Below, one piece after another: positions 12,950 to 25,396 of a DNA stretch of 56,771 bases. Within the stretch, counting starts at the first letter, position 1, and each line of letters begins with the position of its first letter. The DNA comes from Ancylonema sp. (taxonomy: Eukaryota): contig JBFLGF010000067.1 in the NCBI GenBank assembly GCA_050230475.1, forward strand, positions 62,001-118,771, read 5' to 3'. The notes under the pieces were generated by a model. The model made no database searches, was not told where the DNA came from, and was given only the letters and a program-made list of their open reading frames with translations. Both the position numbers and the translations under genes were made by a program.

Positions 12950-14482
12950 ATTGGTTTTTTTCCAATCTAAAAGCTGATTGTTGTGCGGATAGAATAACTC
13001 ATCCAACTCGGACGGCTCCTCGACAAGATCTTAAAGCGCATTTGGTCTCATAGGTGCTTTTGGATTCCAGTTGCAACGTGGATTTGGCGTCAGTCGAAGA
13101 TGGCTTTCCGCATGTAGAATGCTCTCCACACATTTCTGCTCGCTTCACGAGTAATGGTGTCCTCATAGTCTGAGTTGTCTTCAATATTGTGATCCCACTT
13201 ATCGAGGAAATTAGCGAGGACGCGTCTAGCTTGGCCACCTAGCTTCATACGAAGTCTTCCAAGTGGTCATACTGCGTCACATCATGCGGAAGGTGCCGAT
13301 TGTGGTCCGCTTCCGTCCAATTCTGGCGTACTTCATGAAAATGTGCCATTGCCGGTGTACTTTTTGTCGAGTGCCGTTGCCATTGAATTTTTCTATTGGT
13401 GTTTTTGAGTGATTCGGTCATAGTGAGTCAACCCACAGGCAAGGCAGTGCCAAGGACGTAACGCGTCCAGAGCGTTAAGATTGTTGCAAAGGTTGTTGTT
13501 TTACTATATCGATTCTGAATGCAGATCACAAATTCAAATGCGCACTCCAATGAAATACAGAATGCACATGCACATGCGAGCCGAACACATTCAATGCACC
13601 GACAATTACCGAATATTGCCAATGCAAAATGTTAGCATGCTCCCGAGGTGCACTCTGATCGAATGAGGCCAGAGTGCAAAGATTACAAATTGTGTAGTTC
13701 CTAGCTGCAACATAATTTAAGATTGATGCGGTGCCCACAATCCGACCTATATGCTAGCATAGTCATTCTTCACCTGACGACACGAACGCAGGCTCCGTCG
13801 TTATCTAAAACGTACCATGAGCTCCCAATGGCACCACTCGCCTCATTGTCAAGCGTGTGTCCTCTACGAACAATTGTCAGTGATGCGCAAATGGTGACAC
13901 GGGAACCTACCAACATTAGTGTCTTCCGGACATTGCGCCGAGTTTGGCGGGGCAATCATGACTCTCCCATATTACAATAAATAAATTTTTATATCGCGAA
14001 ACGAAACACCTCGATAAATGCTTGCAACCACGCATGTTTCAAACCATCGTATGAGCACATAATCGTATATTGTCCGACATGGCCATAGCATACACACACG
14101 TGCCCGCGTCAAACCACCGTATAGGCACGCGATCATACATTGTCCGGCACTTCGTTATATTGCCTACTCCAACGCATCATCTTCGTAGATCAACTTCTTC
14201 GTAGAGTGATAGCCAAGTCACAAAAAGTGATTGCGAAACATTCGGGATGTGCCTATTCAGTGAAGTGACAACGACCATAAAAATGGCCGAATTTGGGCTC
14301 ACGATCACTTTTTACGTCCGAAACGTTGGTAAAACTTGATCCACATATTGTAATATTGTCGGGTGCGAAACCGAGAAGTGATGTGCCATAAACTCTGCTC
14401 TAAGAATAAAATATTCCCGCCACGGTATCACAGCGTCTCCCACCTGAGCCTGTTACGCGAGCAAGGCGTCTGCTACGCCAGC

Positions 14483-17400
14483 ATGTTTGTCCTGCAGCCC
14501 CACCTAGCAAGCCACGACAGAACATCACCGTCTCTCCCCTCACATTATGCCAACCGTCCCCTTGCCTCAACTTTGCAAGCGCATCTCAGACAAAGCTTGA
14601 GTTGCGTTCAGGTATAGTTCGCACCAACGACACCGTTACTTTATCGACGCTGGGAGGTCTATGCGCAACTTTCCCTTCCCAACTCTCGTCCAAAAAATAT
14701 GTATTTATTGCCGGCATTTTCTTACTTTGTACAGTACATAATACATATTTTGTTTAGTATATAATATATCCAATAATAGATGTGACACGACGAAGTTTGC
14801 GAATTAGTTAAACACGACTGGATGCTTACACGGGTGGCCACAAATATTTCAATGTTTCACTCACAGCTGGCGAAAGTTTTGTGGGTTTCGGGGCCTGCAT
14901 TTTTGTGTGCTTAACCTTCACCTCAACCTCAACATTTTGACAAAATGCAATGATTTCTGTCATTTGCGGATTTCGAGTCTGTAAAGTTAAGCATTGGTAG
15001 TCAGAATTTTCACTGGGAGCTCTAGTCGTGGCTGAACACAATAATTTTGACCATCGTACTCATCCCTTCACTCGAGTACAGTTTCTTAGAAGGTGGACCC
15101 TAGTCTTCGGCTTACCGACCTGACCAGTACGCCGATCATGCGTAATGGCCCTTGCAAACGCAGGTTCCGGACTGCAAATGGGAGAAGAGAAAGCTCCGAG
15201 GTGCGGCCCGAAGGGTTCGGTCAGGCAAAATAAAATGTCCCGCAGCATTTTGGGGTGGAGGGAGTCGGAACGACCGCCAGCTGGCACCTTCAGATTCAGA
15301 CAGGAGAGGTGATGAGCGGGCATCTGCCTCACGTAGACTTGGTACTTGTTGGGATGAGAGTCATATGAGTGAGTGCATTGCAAGCAGTCGGATGGTACCC
15401 AGACTAGAGACTAGAGACTAGAGACTATGAGCCTCCAGCCTCCAGCTGGCAGGGTGATCAGATCTGTTGACAGATGGCAGTCTGTGGGGTCCCATGTGGT
15501 TCAGGGGACATGATGACGTCATTGGAGTTGGGTCATGACCCTCCCCCTCCCCGGGGCGAGTTGCACTACAACGGCACTTTCCTCCTTCTCATCATCAGCC
15601 TATTGACTTTCGCGGCAGATCATATCCTACATGTGAGGAGTGGCTGACCTCACAAACCACCAAAAAACCCTAAACTCTCACCCCTAAACCCATAACCCCA
15701 AACCCTGAAACCTAGATCCGAAGTCCTGAACCAGTAACCCTAAACTATATGTCTCCTCTTCATGGTGCTTGGAGAGCAAGCTTTGGGCGATTCAGTCGGA
15801 TGGTTTGGTGTGTACTCAGAATCGATACCTCACAAAAGGCACTCTAGTGCAGTTCTGGTTCCGTTAACCGACACGGATTTGTGGGAAGCTTCCTGGCAGT
15901 TGCCTTCTGCTCGTTTCCTGTACCTGTACCACGCTTCCCCCCGCTGGTACCAATTCTTAACAGCCACCTTCTGCCATGCCAACTGGTGAGAGGGTGGGAC
16001 GGCTTGGGGGAATGTGAGGGTTGGGGACTCGATGGAATGTCAAACATGAACCTTGAATTTGGAGTGAGAAAATTTTGTATCATGTCACATCCAAGTATCT
16101 CCACATTTTGAAAGGCTCTAATATTTAGGAAGGCTCTAATGTGAACTCTCAGCTTTCCATCCGGACTCGTTAACGTAAACCCTTAAAAAGATCCTACTAA
16201 GGCCTGATTGAAAGGTTTGCAAATCTTATAAAAATAACGACGAATGGGGAAGGTCTCGGTGGGACGGGGGTTCGGTCCATAGTCCATCCTCTGACAGTGG
16301 TGAGGGTGGGGGGGGTGGGGTGGCAGGGCGCACCTCTCAGGCAACTTATTCTTTGTGTACATATTCGGTAAGCCCCAAATCTTAATCCCTGGATGCAGTG
16401 GAAGGCTTCAATTTAGGTTAATATTTAGGTTTCAGGGTCTATGGTCGAGAAAGTCTCCAGCTCAGGAGTTTGATTTTCCTCAATCTTGAGATGTGGTTTC
16501 AGAGCTGGCCTTTCCTATCTCTCAGAACCCAGCGGAATGGCAGAATGAATGGTAGAATGGCAGAATGGCAGAATGGCAGAATGGCAGAAAGGGAAGGTAA
16601 ACGTCTTTTGGGGCGGCAGGCAAGCTTGTGGAGGAGGAGGAGGGCAGCTTTGGCGTGTGGGCCTCTTACATCGTGACAGGTGTCGGGGCCAACATCCTCT
16701 CCTGGCTCCTCCTCCCCTCTGACTGCGTGTCCATGGGCGCGTCTGGCGCCGTGTTTGGCCTCTTTGTCGTAGCGGCACTGGTGAAGGTGAGATGATGTCA
16801 GCACGTGTGACGTGGCGGCTCCCCATTGGGTGGGCTTGCATGGGAGGGGTAGGGGGGAGGAAGGGGAGGGAGAGGAGGGGGCAGGTGGAGGTCAGTGTGT
16901 TCCTCGCAGAACTGATGAGGTGGCAACATGGGAGGTTGTGGTGTGATGACATCAGCATGTGACGTCATCATGTGACGTCATCACGTGACGTCATCATATG
17001 ACGTTGTGCAGGCGCAGGAATGGGGGGAGGCTTTGTGGCTGGGTGTGAGGCACGCATGAGGTCCCGATTTTGAAGTGTGACCGGCGTTGCAGCATTCGTT
17101 TACGCTGTTACTGATGGGAAACGGGATTGTCCCCCCTCCCCCGTTGCAGCTCTCCTGGAATTGGCGTAAAATAATCGAGTTTGCGATTGTGGGTCAGTTT
17201 GTGGTCGAAAAGGTGAGTGCGCGCGCGCGTCAGAGTGTACGCCAGAGCACTCCAGGAAGCGGACCCTCTCTGTTTTTTCGTTTCAAAATTCTGCTCCCTT
17301 TGTTCGGAGAGAGCATCCACATCCATCCACATATATGAGGACCAATGCAAGCGGTTCGTGCCGTTGATGTGCCTGTATGAAGTTCAGAAGACCTTCTCTC

Positions 17401-17614
17401 GCTGACTGGCTGAGGGACGTTGCATCTGGGGCAGGAGATATCTGAAGCCCAGGCTTCGACCCGCATGGGGGGCCAGCTGACGGGGGTGGGAGGGATCAAC
17501 CATGTGGCTCATCTGGGAGGCGCTTTGATTGGGGTGCTCCTCATGTACCTTGTAACAAGGCTGCCTTTGGCGGGCGATAGTGGGAAAGATGGGAAAGGGA
17601 GAGAGGAGCCGTAG
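14483..17614 (+). CDS. RBL11: Chloroplast rhomboid-like serine protease, RBL11 type, about 8 exons
   Basis: Exons join in phase: 14483-14611, 15164-15341, 15505-15632 (SLELG..NGTFLLLII..ADH), then YQFLTATFCHANW, AHLSGNLFFVYIFG, KLVEEEEG..GASGAVFG (catalytic Ser), LSWNWRKI, NHVAHLGG (catalytic His). First exon (transit peptide) is less certain. Confidence 0.88.
15661..15745 (+). repeat. Degenerate plant-telomere-like (CCCTAAA) tract in an RBL11 intron (copy at 61-145)
   Basis: aaaccctaaactctcacccctaaacccataaccccaaaccctgaaacctag...aaccctaaac. Confidence 0.6.
16945..17004. repeat. 13-bp-period tandem array built on TGACGTCA
   Basis: TGACATCA 16947, TGACGTCA 16960, 16973, 16986, TGACGT 16999. 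Confidence 0.85.
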
Positions 17615-18534
17615 TTTCTTTCTTTTTTTCAGATCGTAGGACATATAAGTGGTTCTATTTTGTGGGTACAGGTCTACTCTGTCTGTATTTTAATATGGAT
17701 TGGGGTGGGGGAAGGACGTTGGTCGGTATTCTTCATTATTATTCTGGGGACTACCCCACATTAACCACCCATAATGGAGTTTGTAAAATATAATAGAGAT
17801 TGTACGATACAAGTATGGCTACAAGGTTGCGTTTTGCGCCACAAACTGTCTTTTCCGCTGCTTTGTGGTTCTGAAATGGAGGTGCCGCTCGAAAAGTGAG
17901 GCAGATCTGTACAAATCTTCCCCATACATTGGACCATATTTTTGCACAAATTGGCAACTTTAGGGTTCTGAGCTGGGCGGACGTAGGTCTGACGCGGCAG
18001 GCGAGCGACCTTCAGAACCGACCTTTTGGGATTTACCACGAATCCAAGATTCTTAAAATTCGAAAATGACGTACACACCTTCGACACTCGATGTCTTAAG
18101 AACCCCTAAAACAGGGCAGACTTTTGGCTTTGTTTCACACCCCAGGCGGCCTTGGGGCGGTAACCGGGCATCAACTGGACCTTGAATCCATTTGTGACAG
18201 TTGTGCATTTGGTTGTTTGCGACAGTGGTTCACGGCTTCACACGACACGTGCTGAGTATCATTTTGAAGAGGCCAGGCGCCCCGGCAGAGGATGTATCTA
18301 TTTGGAGTGTCGGATTTGTGCAAAGAATTATATAATGAACGAGTACACCACACTAGCAACCTTTCCATTCCTGACTGGTTCAAAATCGGAATGTAGGAAA
18401 ATCCAACCACATCCCTATGATGCCAGACAAGCTTTTCAACACTTCTGACGAGATAGACTGCAGAAAGTCGAGTGACGTAGATGTCTTTCCAACACCTAAG
18501 TTCTCCAAAGTCAAGTGCTACAATTTTAAGTACT

Positions 18535-21500
18535 CTACTCAACCCCACCCTGCGCCTCTTTACCCCTGATTGCCCTGAGTAAGGCCAGGCCTAGCGCTTT
18601 TGCCAGGGGGGGAGGTACGGCATGTCCAATTTGCCGGTGCTTGGCTTGAATGGTGCCGGCGAACTGGAAGCTGTCAGGAAAACCCTGAACCCCGAAAACC
18701 CAAAAACTCTTCTGTCAGACTCTCCCTCCCACCCCCAACTGCGTATCGAATCCGATTCGTTCACGCCCCTACCTGCGATCGGGCGCACTCGCGGACTGTC
18801 ACAATCCGGTCCTGCTCTGGATGGAAGCACATCCCCACCTTCCCCATCGGCTGGGGGTCGGTTACAGAGGTTGGGAAATTGCCGTTCCAGTCCAGCCGCC
18901 CATACAGCCCCTTCCACTTGTTGTGTCGGTCGGAGGTGTTGGTGAGGCACCAAGGCACCAAGGCCACTATGCGCCCATCCTTCAATGTCACCTGGGGAAA
19001 GGAACCACACCAAAGTACCGGATTCGGATTCGGATTCGGATTCGGATTTGGAGGTGGAGGAGGCAGGTTGGGCTGACAGGTGGCAGATGTACCTTCACGT
19101 CCGGCAGTGTCTGCCAGTCGGCTCCCGGGAGTCCCCGGGGTATCTTGCGGCAGCGCTCCAGGTTGAGTTCGTTCATTTCTTTGGTGATGTGGTCGCGGAG
19201 GACGGTCTCACACCCGCGAATGCGTTTTTGAAACCATGAGAGAGGGGGCGAGTCATACTGGGAGGAGTGGGGGTGGGGAAATGAGGGGGTGGGAGGGGGA
19301 GGGGGATGGGGATGGGGAAGGGGAGAGTGTACGGCAGCGTACCTTCATCTCCTCTGCTGCAGCCCCATTGGTGACAGGTGGCAGATCCTGAATGGAGTCT
19401 CGGACAGTGACGGATCGCAGAGGTGCCGCTGCCCCTCTGTCTCCTGCGGCGGAGTACTGCATGCCACCTGGCATGCTGATGTTGAGCTGGGAGCTGGCGA
19501 ACACGTGGCGCGATGTGGGCCAATCAGGGAGGATCTCTCCGGGGGCTGCGGCCCAAATGAAGGCCCGTTTTCGGGACTGGGCGACGCCGTAGCAGCCGGC
19601 TTGCAGAACCCCAAATCGAACCTGGACAGGGCCCCGCCGTCGTTTATAAAGGCATTCTTCTCGATTTAATGGCACCTCCTCCAAGTCTGGTGGCCATGGG
19701 GAGTTCTGACATGTATTCCCACATGGGTGAACACGTGGGCTTGCATGTGTTCACATGTGTGTATGTACATGCATATGCACACGTGTAAGTGTGCGTCCAT
19801 GTATATATGTCTGTGTATGTATGTATGTACGTACGTATTTCTGATGTCTACTTTCATGTATGTACACGGAAAGACATTTATGTATGTGTGTAAATGAGCG
19901 CGTACATGTGTGTGTCTGTTTACATGCGTATATATGAGTACACACGCGTGTGTATACATGACTGGCTGACCTGGTAGCCCATGGCTAGCAGGGAGGCGAG
20001 GGTGAGGCGGAAGGTGCGCCCCTTGTTGAAGGCCACGAAGTTGCGCACGTTTTCCAGGAGGAAGTAGCGCGGGCGCAGGAAGTCGGCGTAGGAGAGGAAG
20101 GCGAGGATCATGTCGCACTGCACCAGGCTCCATGCGCGGTCCGTGAACCGGTTCATACCAGAGAAGCCCTGGAGGGGGGGGGCGGGGTGGGTGTGAGAGT
20201 GTGGGTACATGGTGAGTGCATGGTGCTGACTGCTGACCTGGCAAGGGGGACCACCATTTATGAACTCCACCTCCCCTGGCTTGGGCAGCTTCCTTCTGTC
20301 CTCCTCTGTCAGCGCAGCCGCCTGACGCACCGCCTCCTCGGTGGCAATGCAGTCTGCACTGGCGCCAGAAGCACCCATGATGGCACTGGGGACGGAGAAG
20401 AGGGGTGTCAGAGAAGGAGGAGGTGGAGGAGGAGGAGGAGGTGGAGGTGGTGGAGGAGGAGGAGGAGGAGGAGTGTTAGGGAGGGAGGGGTGTGAGATTG
20501 TGTATCTGGGGACCAGTGTTGTGTGGTTGTGGTGGTGCCACGTGGCACCTGAGGATGACGTTGCAGTTGGTGCAGAACATGTGGGATGAGGGGTGGTTGA
20601 GGGAGAAGGCGGCAGCTGCGGGCTGCTCGTACTCGATGGCCCATCGGGTCACGCTCACACCTGGAAACAGGCACATTGGGGTAGGCAAAAGTCGCTCCTA
20701 GTAAAGGGGTGTGCTTCCGTCACGGGGGTACGAAAGAGGACTGCTGGGGAGTGGCAAAAGATGGCAGAAAGTGGCAGAAAGGAGCAAAAAGTGGCAAAAA
20801 GGAGCAGCAAGAGGCAAAAGGACGCCTTCGTACCTGCCTGGTGCAGCCCCTCTGAGAGCCCCCCACAGCCGGCAAAAATGTCCAGAGTCGCCAGCTTCTT
20901 TTCTGCCTTCGCCTTCTTCTGCTTTACGCCAAACCTGGCACTCAGTTGGGCTGGGGAGGTGAAGGTGGCGGTTCCGGGTACCTGAGGGGGGAAGCGGGTT
21001 TCGCTCTCAGAAGGAGTGGCTTGCAGTGCCCTCTGGGTTGAGGCAAGCTCGTTCAGCTTTTTAGAGGCGGAGTGAAGTGAAGGGGGATGAGTAATTTGAG
21101 ATATCGCTTATACGAGGGAGGAGTTTGGTTTGTGCCTGCTGCGCTGCCGCTCCTCTCTTTACCTTGTGCAGTCGATGAAACGGGATTTTTTTTTGTTTTT
21201 GGTTAGATATACAAATGCGATAAACGAACGTACACAAACAAATGCACAAATGAAATGCGATCCAGATGCTTTCTGACACCTCTGATGAGGCCACGAGGAC
21301 ATGGGCAGCCATAGAAATTGTCACCTGTCGCAGTCTCATCGGCTTCCTGTTTCGGGATTCAGAGAGAGAGAGAGGAGGAGAGGGAGGAGGGGCATTCTGC
21401 GACTTGACCCCAAAAAAACCCTTAAAAAAATCCCGAAAAAAAAACCCTTTAAAAAACCCTAAAGAAAACCCTGGAAAAACTGACCGAGTGTTTCAGCTTT

Positions 21501-24500
21501 CGAGTCTTGGCGTTGTATGTGGAGGCGCAGAAGAAGACGGTGTCCGTTTCCGGAACCTCCAAACTCGCATCTGCCCCCCGCTTTGTGACAAAGCATTTGC
21601 CCACCACCTCCTCCACCGACACTTGGGCGGTGTCGTGGGAGAAGTACACCTGTCACACGTGCGAGTACAGCCACCGTTATGCACCGCACCGACCTCACCC
21701 TCGCCAGCTTTGGCCCACAACTTCATGACTGAATTAGAGGGGATATAATTCGACAGAGTTGACACAATGTGGAACGGTAGGAGGGGCCGGAGGGGGGGGG
21801 GAACCTTTTTTCACAATCAATATTTTATAATATTGAAAAGCAGCCTGATCCAGGTAGTACATCTATGCACCCCCCCCCCCCTTCACAACAATAGAAGGTT
21901 GACACAAATCCCACCATCCCATATCAAACGCATCCCCTCTCACCTCATTCAGATCTGAAGAGTACGCCATCTCGTCACTAACATCTTCCGGTCGGTAGAA
22001 CCGTCGCACCGACACCCGCTCACCCCCCACCTCCCTCCCCACCCTCTCCCCATCCCCGACCATCCCCTCCACCTGCCCCACCGCCCAGGCTTTCAGCCCA
22101 ATGTTCCTCCTCCCCTTCACCTTCTCCCCCTTGCCTTTCGCCGCACCCCTCTCTGTTGCCCCACCTGCCAGGAAGGTTCCAGGGTCCAGGAACACAAAAT
22201 CCCCGGCCCTGTACTCCTCGCCCTGAACCCTAAACCCTGCACCATCCGGCAGCAGCTTTGCCCGGAGGACCTCCTCTTTCACACACCTGACTGTGCAGGC
22301 CCCACATGTTCCACTGCCGGAGGCTATTCCTGTTGGGAGGTCGAAGAAGGCCCCTTGAGAGGGGGAATAAAGTTTGGCACAAAACACCTCTTCTGCCAGC
22401 CCCTTCAGTTTCCTCTCCCTCACTCCGCCCACCCATGCCTCGCGATCACTGAACGTAGCATCCCTCACCTCGTACTCAAATGTCGGGACTTGCTCCCGTA
22501 GACTGATACAGGACCTGCCAGCGGATAGCACACAGGGTATTTCAAATAAGAAGTATTTCTCGTCCGGATCACGGTTTCCCCCACACTTCTGCAGAGCCCA
22601 CACCAATCCCCCTAGAGACACAGACAAGAAGTCCCCCCCCCCCCCTGTCCGGTTTTGCACTATAAACACACAGAATTACCTGATGGAGTCCAAGGGAGCA
22701 TCTCGACACTCCTCTGTCAGAAACACCTCCCCTTCCGTCGCAGCATTGCCCAGAACGGTTTTCTCCCCCCTCTCCACCACTCGCCCATGGACCATCTTCC
22801 CTCCCCTCTCATCTTCCCACAGGTACTCCACCCACAATATCGCCACCTGTCCCTCCTCCTCCCCCCTCTCACCCTCAACCCCCTCCCCCACAATAACCGC
22901 ACCCCCAACTTCAATCTTCATTCCATCAACCGTTGCTTTGGTGTACACCCGACTCCCATCCTCCCTCTTGCTGCTACCCTTCCCTACCCACCTCACCCCT
23001 CCAGCCGGAGCCTTCCGTTTCTTGCTCCCCCCATCCATCCCCTCCTTACTTTTCTCTCCTTTTATCTCTACCATTGCCACCTCCTCCTCATCTTCACTAT
23101 CCGCCTCCTGCACCTCCTCCTCGATAACCGGAACCGCTTCCCCTCCCTCAGCTCCCTCCTGTACCCTCTGCTTCTCATAGAACCCCTCCCAGATGCTCTT
23201 CACAAGTCTGGTGGTCGTCGCTGGCATGGGCTTTCTTTTCGTTGCGTCAGGCCTCAGGCCTGCACTGGGATTGTTATTGCGCCCATGGCCCTTGAGCCCC
23301 TTCTTTGTGACCGTCAGTTTGGTGTGGTGCCTCTCCAGCATCTTCGCCTCAAGAGTCGAGGCAAAGGCACTCCTCCGTACGGCGCTGTCAGGATACTCGC
23401 GGAACTGCTGAAGAATGATCTGGCCATGGACCACCAGGTGCCTCTCCAAACAATCCAGCAACTGCTTACCCACAGCCTTACTTTCGTCGATGCGCTTCTG
23501 CACAGCACAGGATTCGAGTCAGAAGAGGAATGGTTCAAAGTCACATCAAATAAAATCAAAATAAAATGAACTGAAATAAAACATTTCAAAGCAAATCAAA
23601 TTGTTTTAAATTGTTTTCGATAGGGACGGCCAGCGGAATAACCCATGGCAGGAAAGGTGGCATAGGTCTAGAGACCGCCAAGAAACGATGGGGACATCAC
23701 TTATCCATCCAATCAAGTTTATTGACTCTTAGAGCCCCATTGAAATGACCATCCTCTGAGTTTGTCACAATTTTCACAGTCACTTAGGGCAACAACCCTG
23801 ATGAAATTGTGCACCCAGTCACTGACCCGCACTGCGATCTTCTGCACCACGTCAGAGAAAGAGAGACGAGACGCCCTTGTCTCTGCCTTCAGCATGGTGA
23901 TGATATCCACAGCCAGCTTCCCGATCTTCAGCACTGGTTCGTAGAAGGGCTGGTATTGCTCCGACGGCTTCCCTAGCCGATACCATCGCATGTCAGTTTT
24001 CACCCAAATGAATAGCAGGTCGGCACCAAACTCTATCTTCCACTCCCTAATGGCACTCAGGAAGATTCTGAGCCCCCCCGACCCCTGAGCCTCCTGCTTC
24101 TTTCCAGCCCCTGCCCCATCCGAGCTGCTGCTCCCAGCCACGTCTGCAGAACTTATGCCAGATCCAGAGGGTCCAACGGGGCCGTCTAATTCGTTCTCGA
24201 TATTGTACCCGCACCCATCGTCAGCAGAAACGACCCCTGATCCAAAAATCGAGATGTCTCCATGCACGCCTGCGAGCATGGGCAGTAGCTCGAGTGACAC
24301 GAGGCGAGCCTCGCCGTTGTACAGCGTCCATTCTTCCAACTTCTGCTCATCCCTGTACATGAACTCAATGTCCTCGTCCTCTGACAACAGGATGAGCTCG
24401 TCCATTTCGTCTTCTTGTTTCTGTCAAGGAAAGCACCAGTTCAAGGAGTCATCGATGCTCTACACGTGGAAGGGAATTTGAGAGAGCATGGCGATGATCA

Positions 24501-25396
24501 GGGGGGTAACTGTCTGCAGAGATTCAGATTTATATACATGATCTCACATCTGAAGCTGTAGGATGCTTGTCAGATATTCTGAGGTGCCTCTCGAATACGA
24601 CACAGCCCTATGACTGAAGTCTTGGTCCCGATTGGCTCTCTGTCTAAGCTGACTGGATACATTCACGGCCGGCGCAGGGGAGTATGAAAAATTCGCACCT
24701 CGAAAAACGTTGGGGCGGGGTAGTCAGCTGCAATTTCATCCTCATTGATTTTGATGTATGTCGTGGTTGACCCTGCACCAGCGCAGCACAGCACTACCAT
24801 TTGTCCCAAGAATCTGTTACAGGCTTACATCGTGACGATCACTGCACCAATTTGCAATGAGATGCTTAAATTCTGACTTGCACCATTATAGCGATACCAG
24901 TCAGGAGGACACCGCCGTAGTCCAGTCTGCATCTACCACTCATTACTGTGCTTCTGACAGGTGTCCATTGGCCAGTCCATTGTCTACTCACACATGTTTC
25001 GCTTCTTGATCTGACTCGAGCTTCAGTTCACTACATCTCGATCGTTTACATCAATGCGAGTCATCCCTGTTTCGATGTGATTCCAGCAGGATGATAAGCG
25101 CTCCTCTCTATGGATTACCCAGGAGTGCAGCAATTTAGACCTGAAGAGTTCAGGAACATTGAATCAAGCACTGCCTTACCTGCAGGCGGCTGCCCCATCC
25201 GCTGCCTGCGCTTCTGTAGACTGGACACAGGGGCTTCCACCCCCGTGGCGATCTGTTGTGTGAGCTCCTCATTTGAAGTCAAGGTCGATGTTGGCTCTTC
25301 TGTACTCCCACTCACATTCTCCTCAATTTTTACAGGCGAAGGCTCCGTGGCACTGCCAGTTACTTGAGCTCGCCTCCGTGACACTCGCGCAACCAT
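18535..25396 (-). CDS. MET1: DNA (cytosine-5)-methyltransferase, MET1/DNMT1 family (RFTS-BAH-BAH-MTase), multi-exon
   Basis: RFTS exon ([22 protein letters not shown]), [11 protein letters not shown], two BAH domains, motif I DIFAGCGG (~20865-20890), [59 protein letters not shown]. Stop TAG at 18537-18535. Exons between 24745 and 25180 not fully resolved. Confidence 0.95.

Noticed and set aside
22374..23569. Long + strand ORFs (268 and 304 aa, also at 4345-5540)
   Set aside because: Antisense shadows of the purine-rich MET1 BAH exon, with no recognisable domain.
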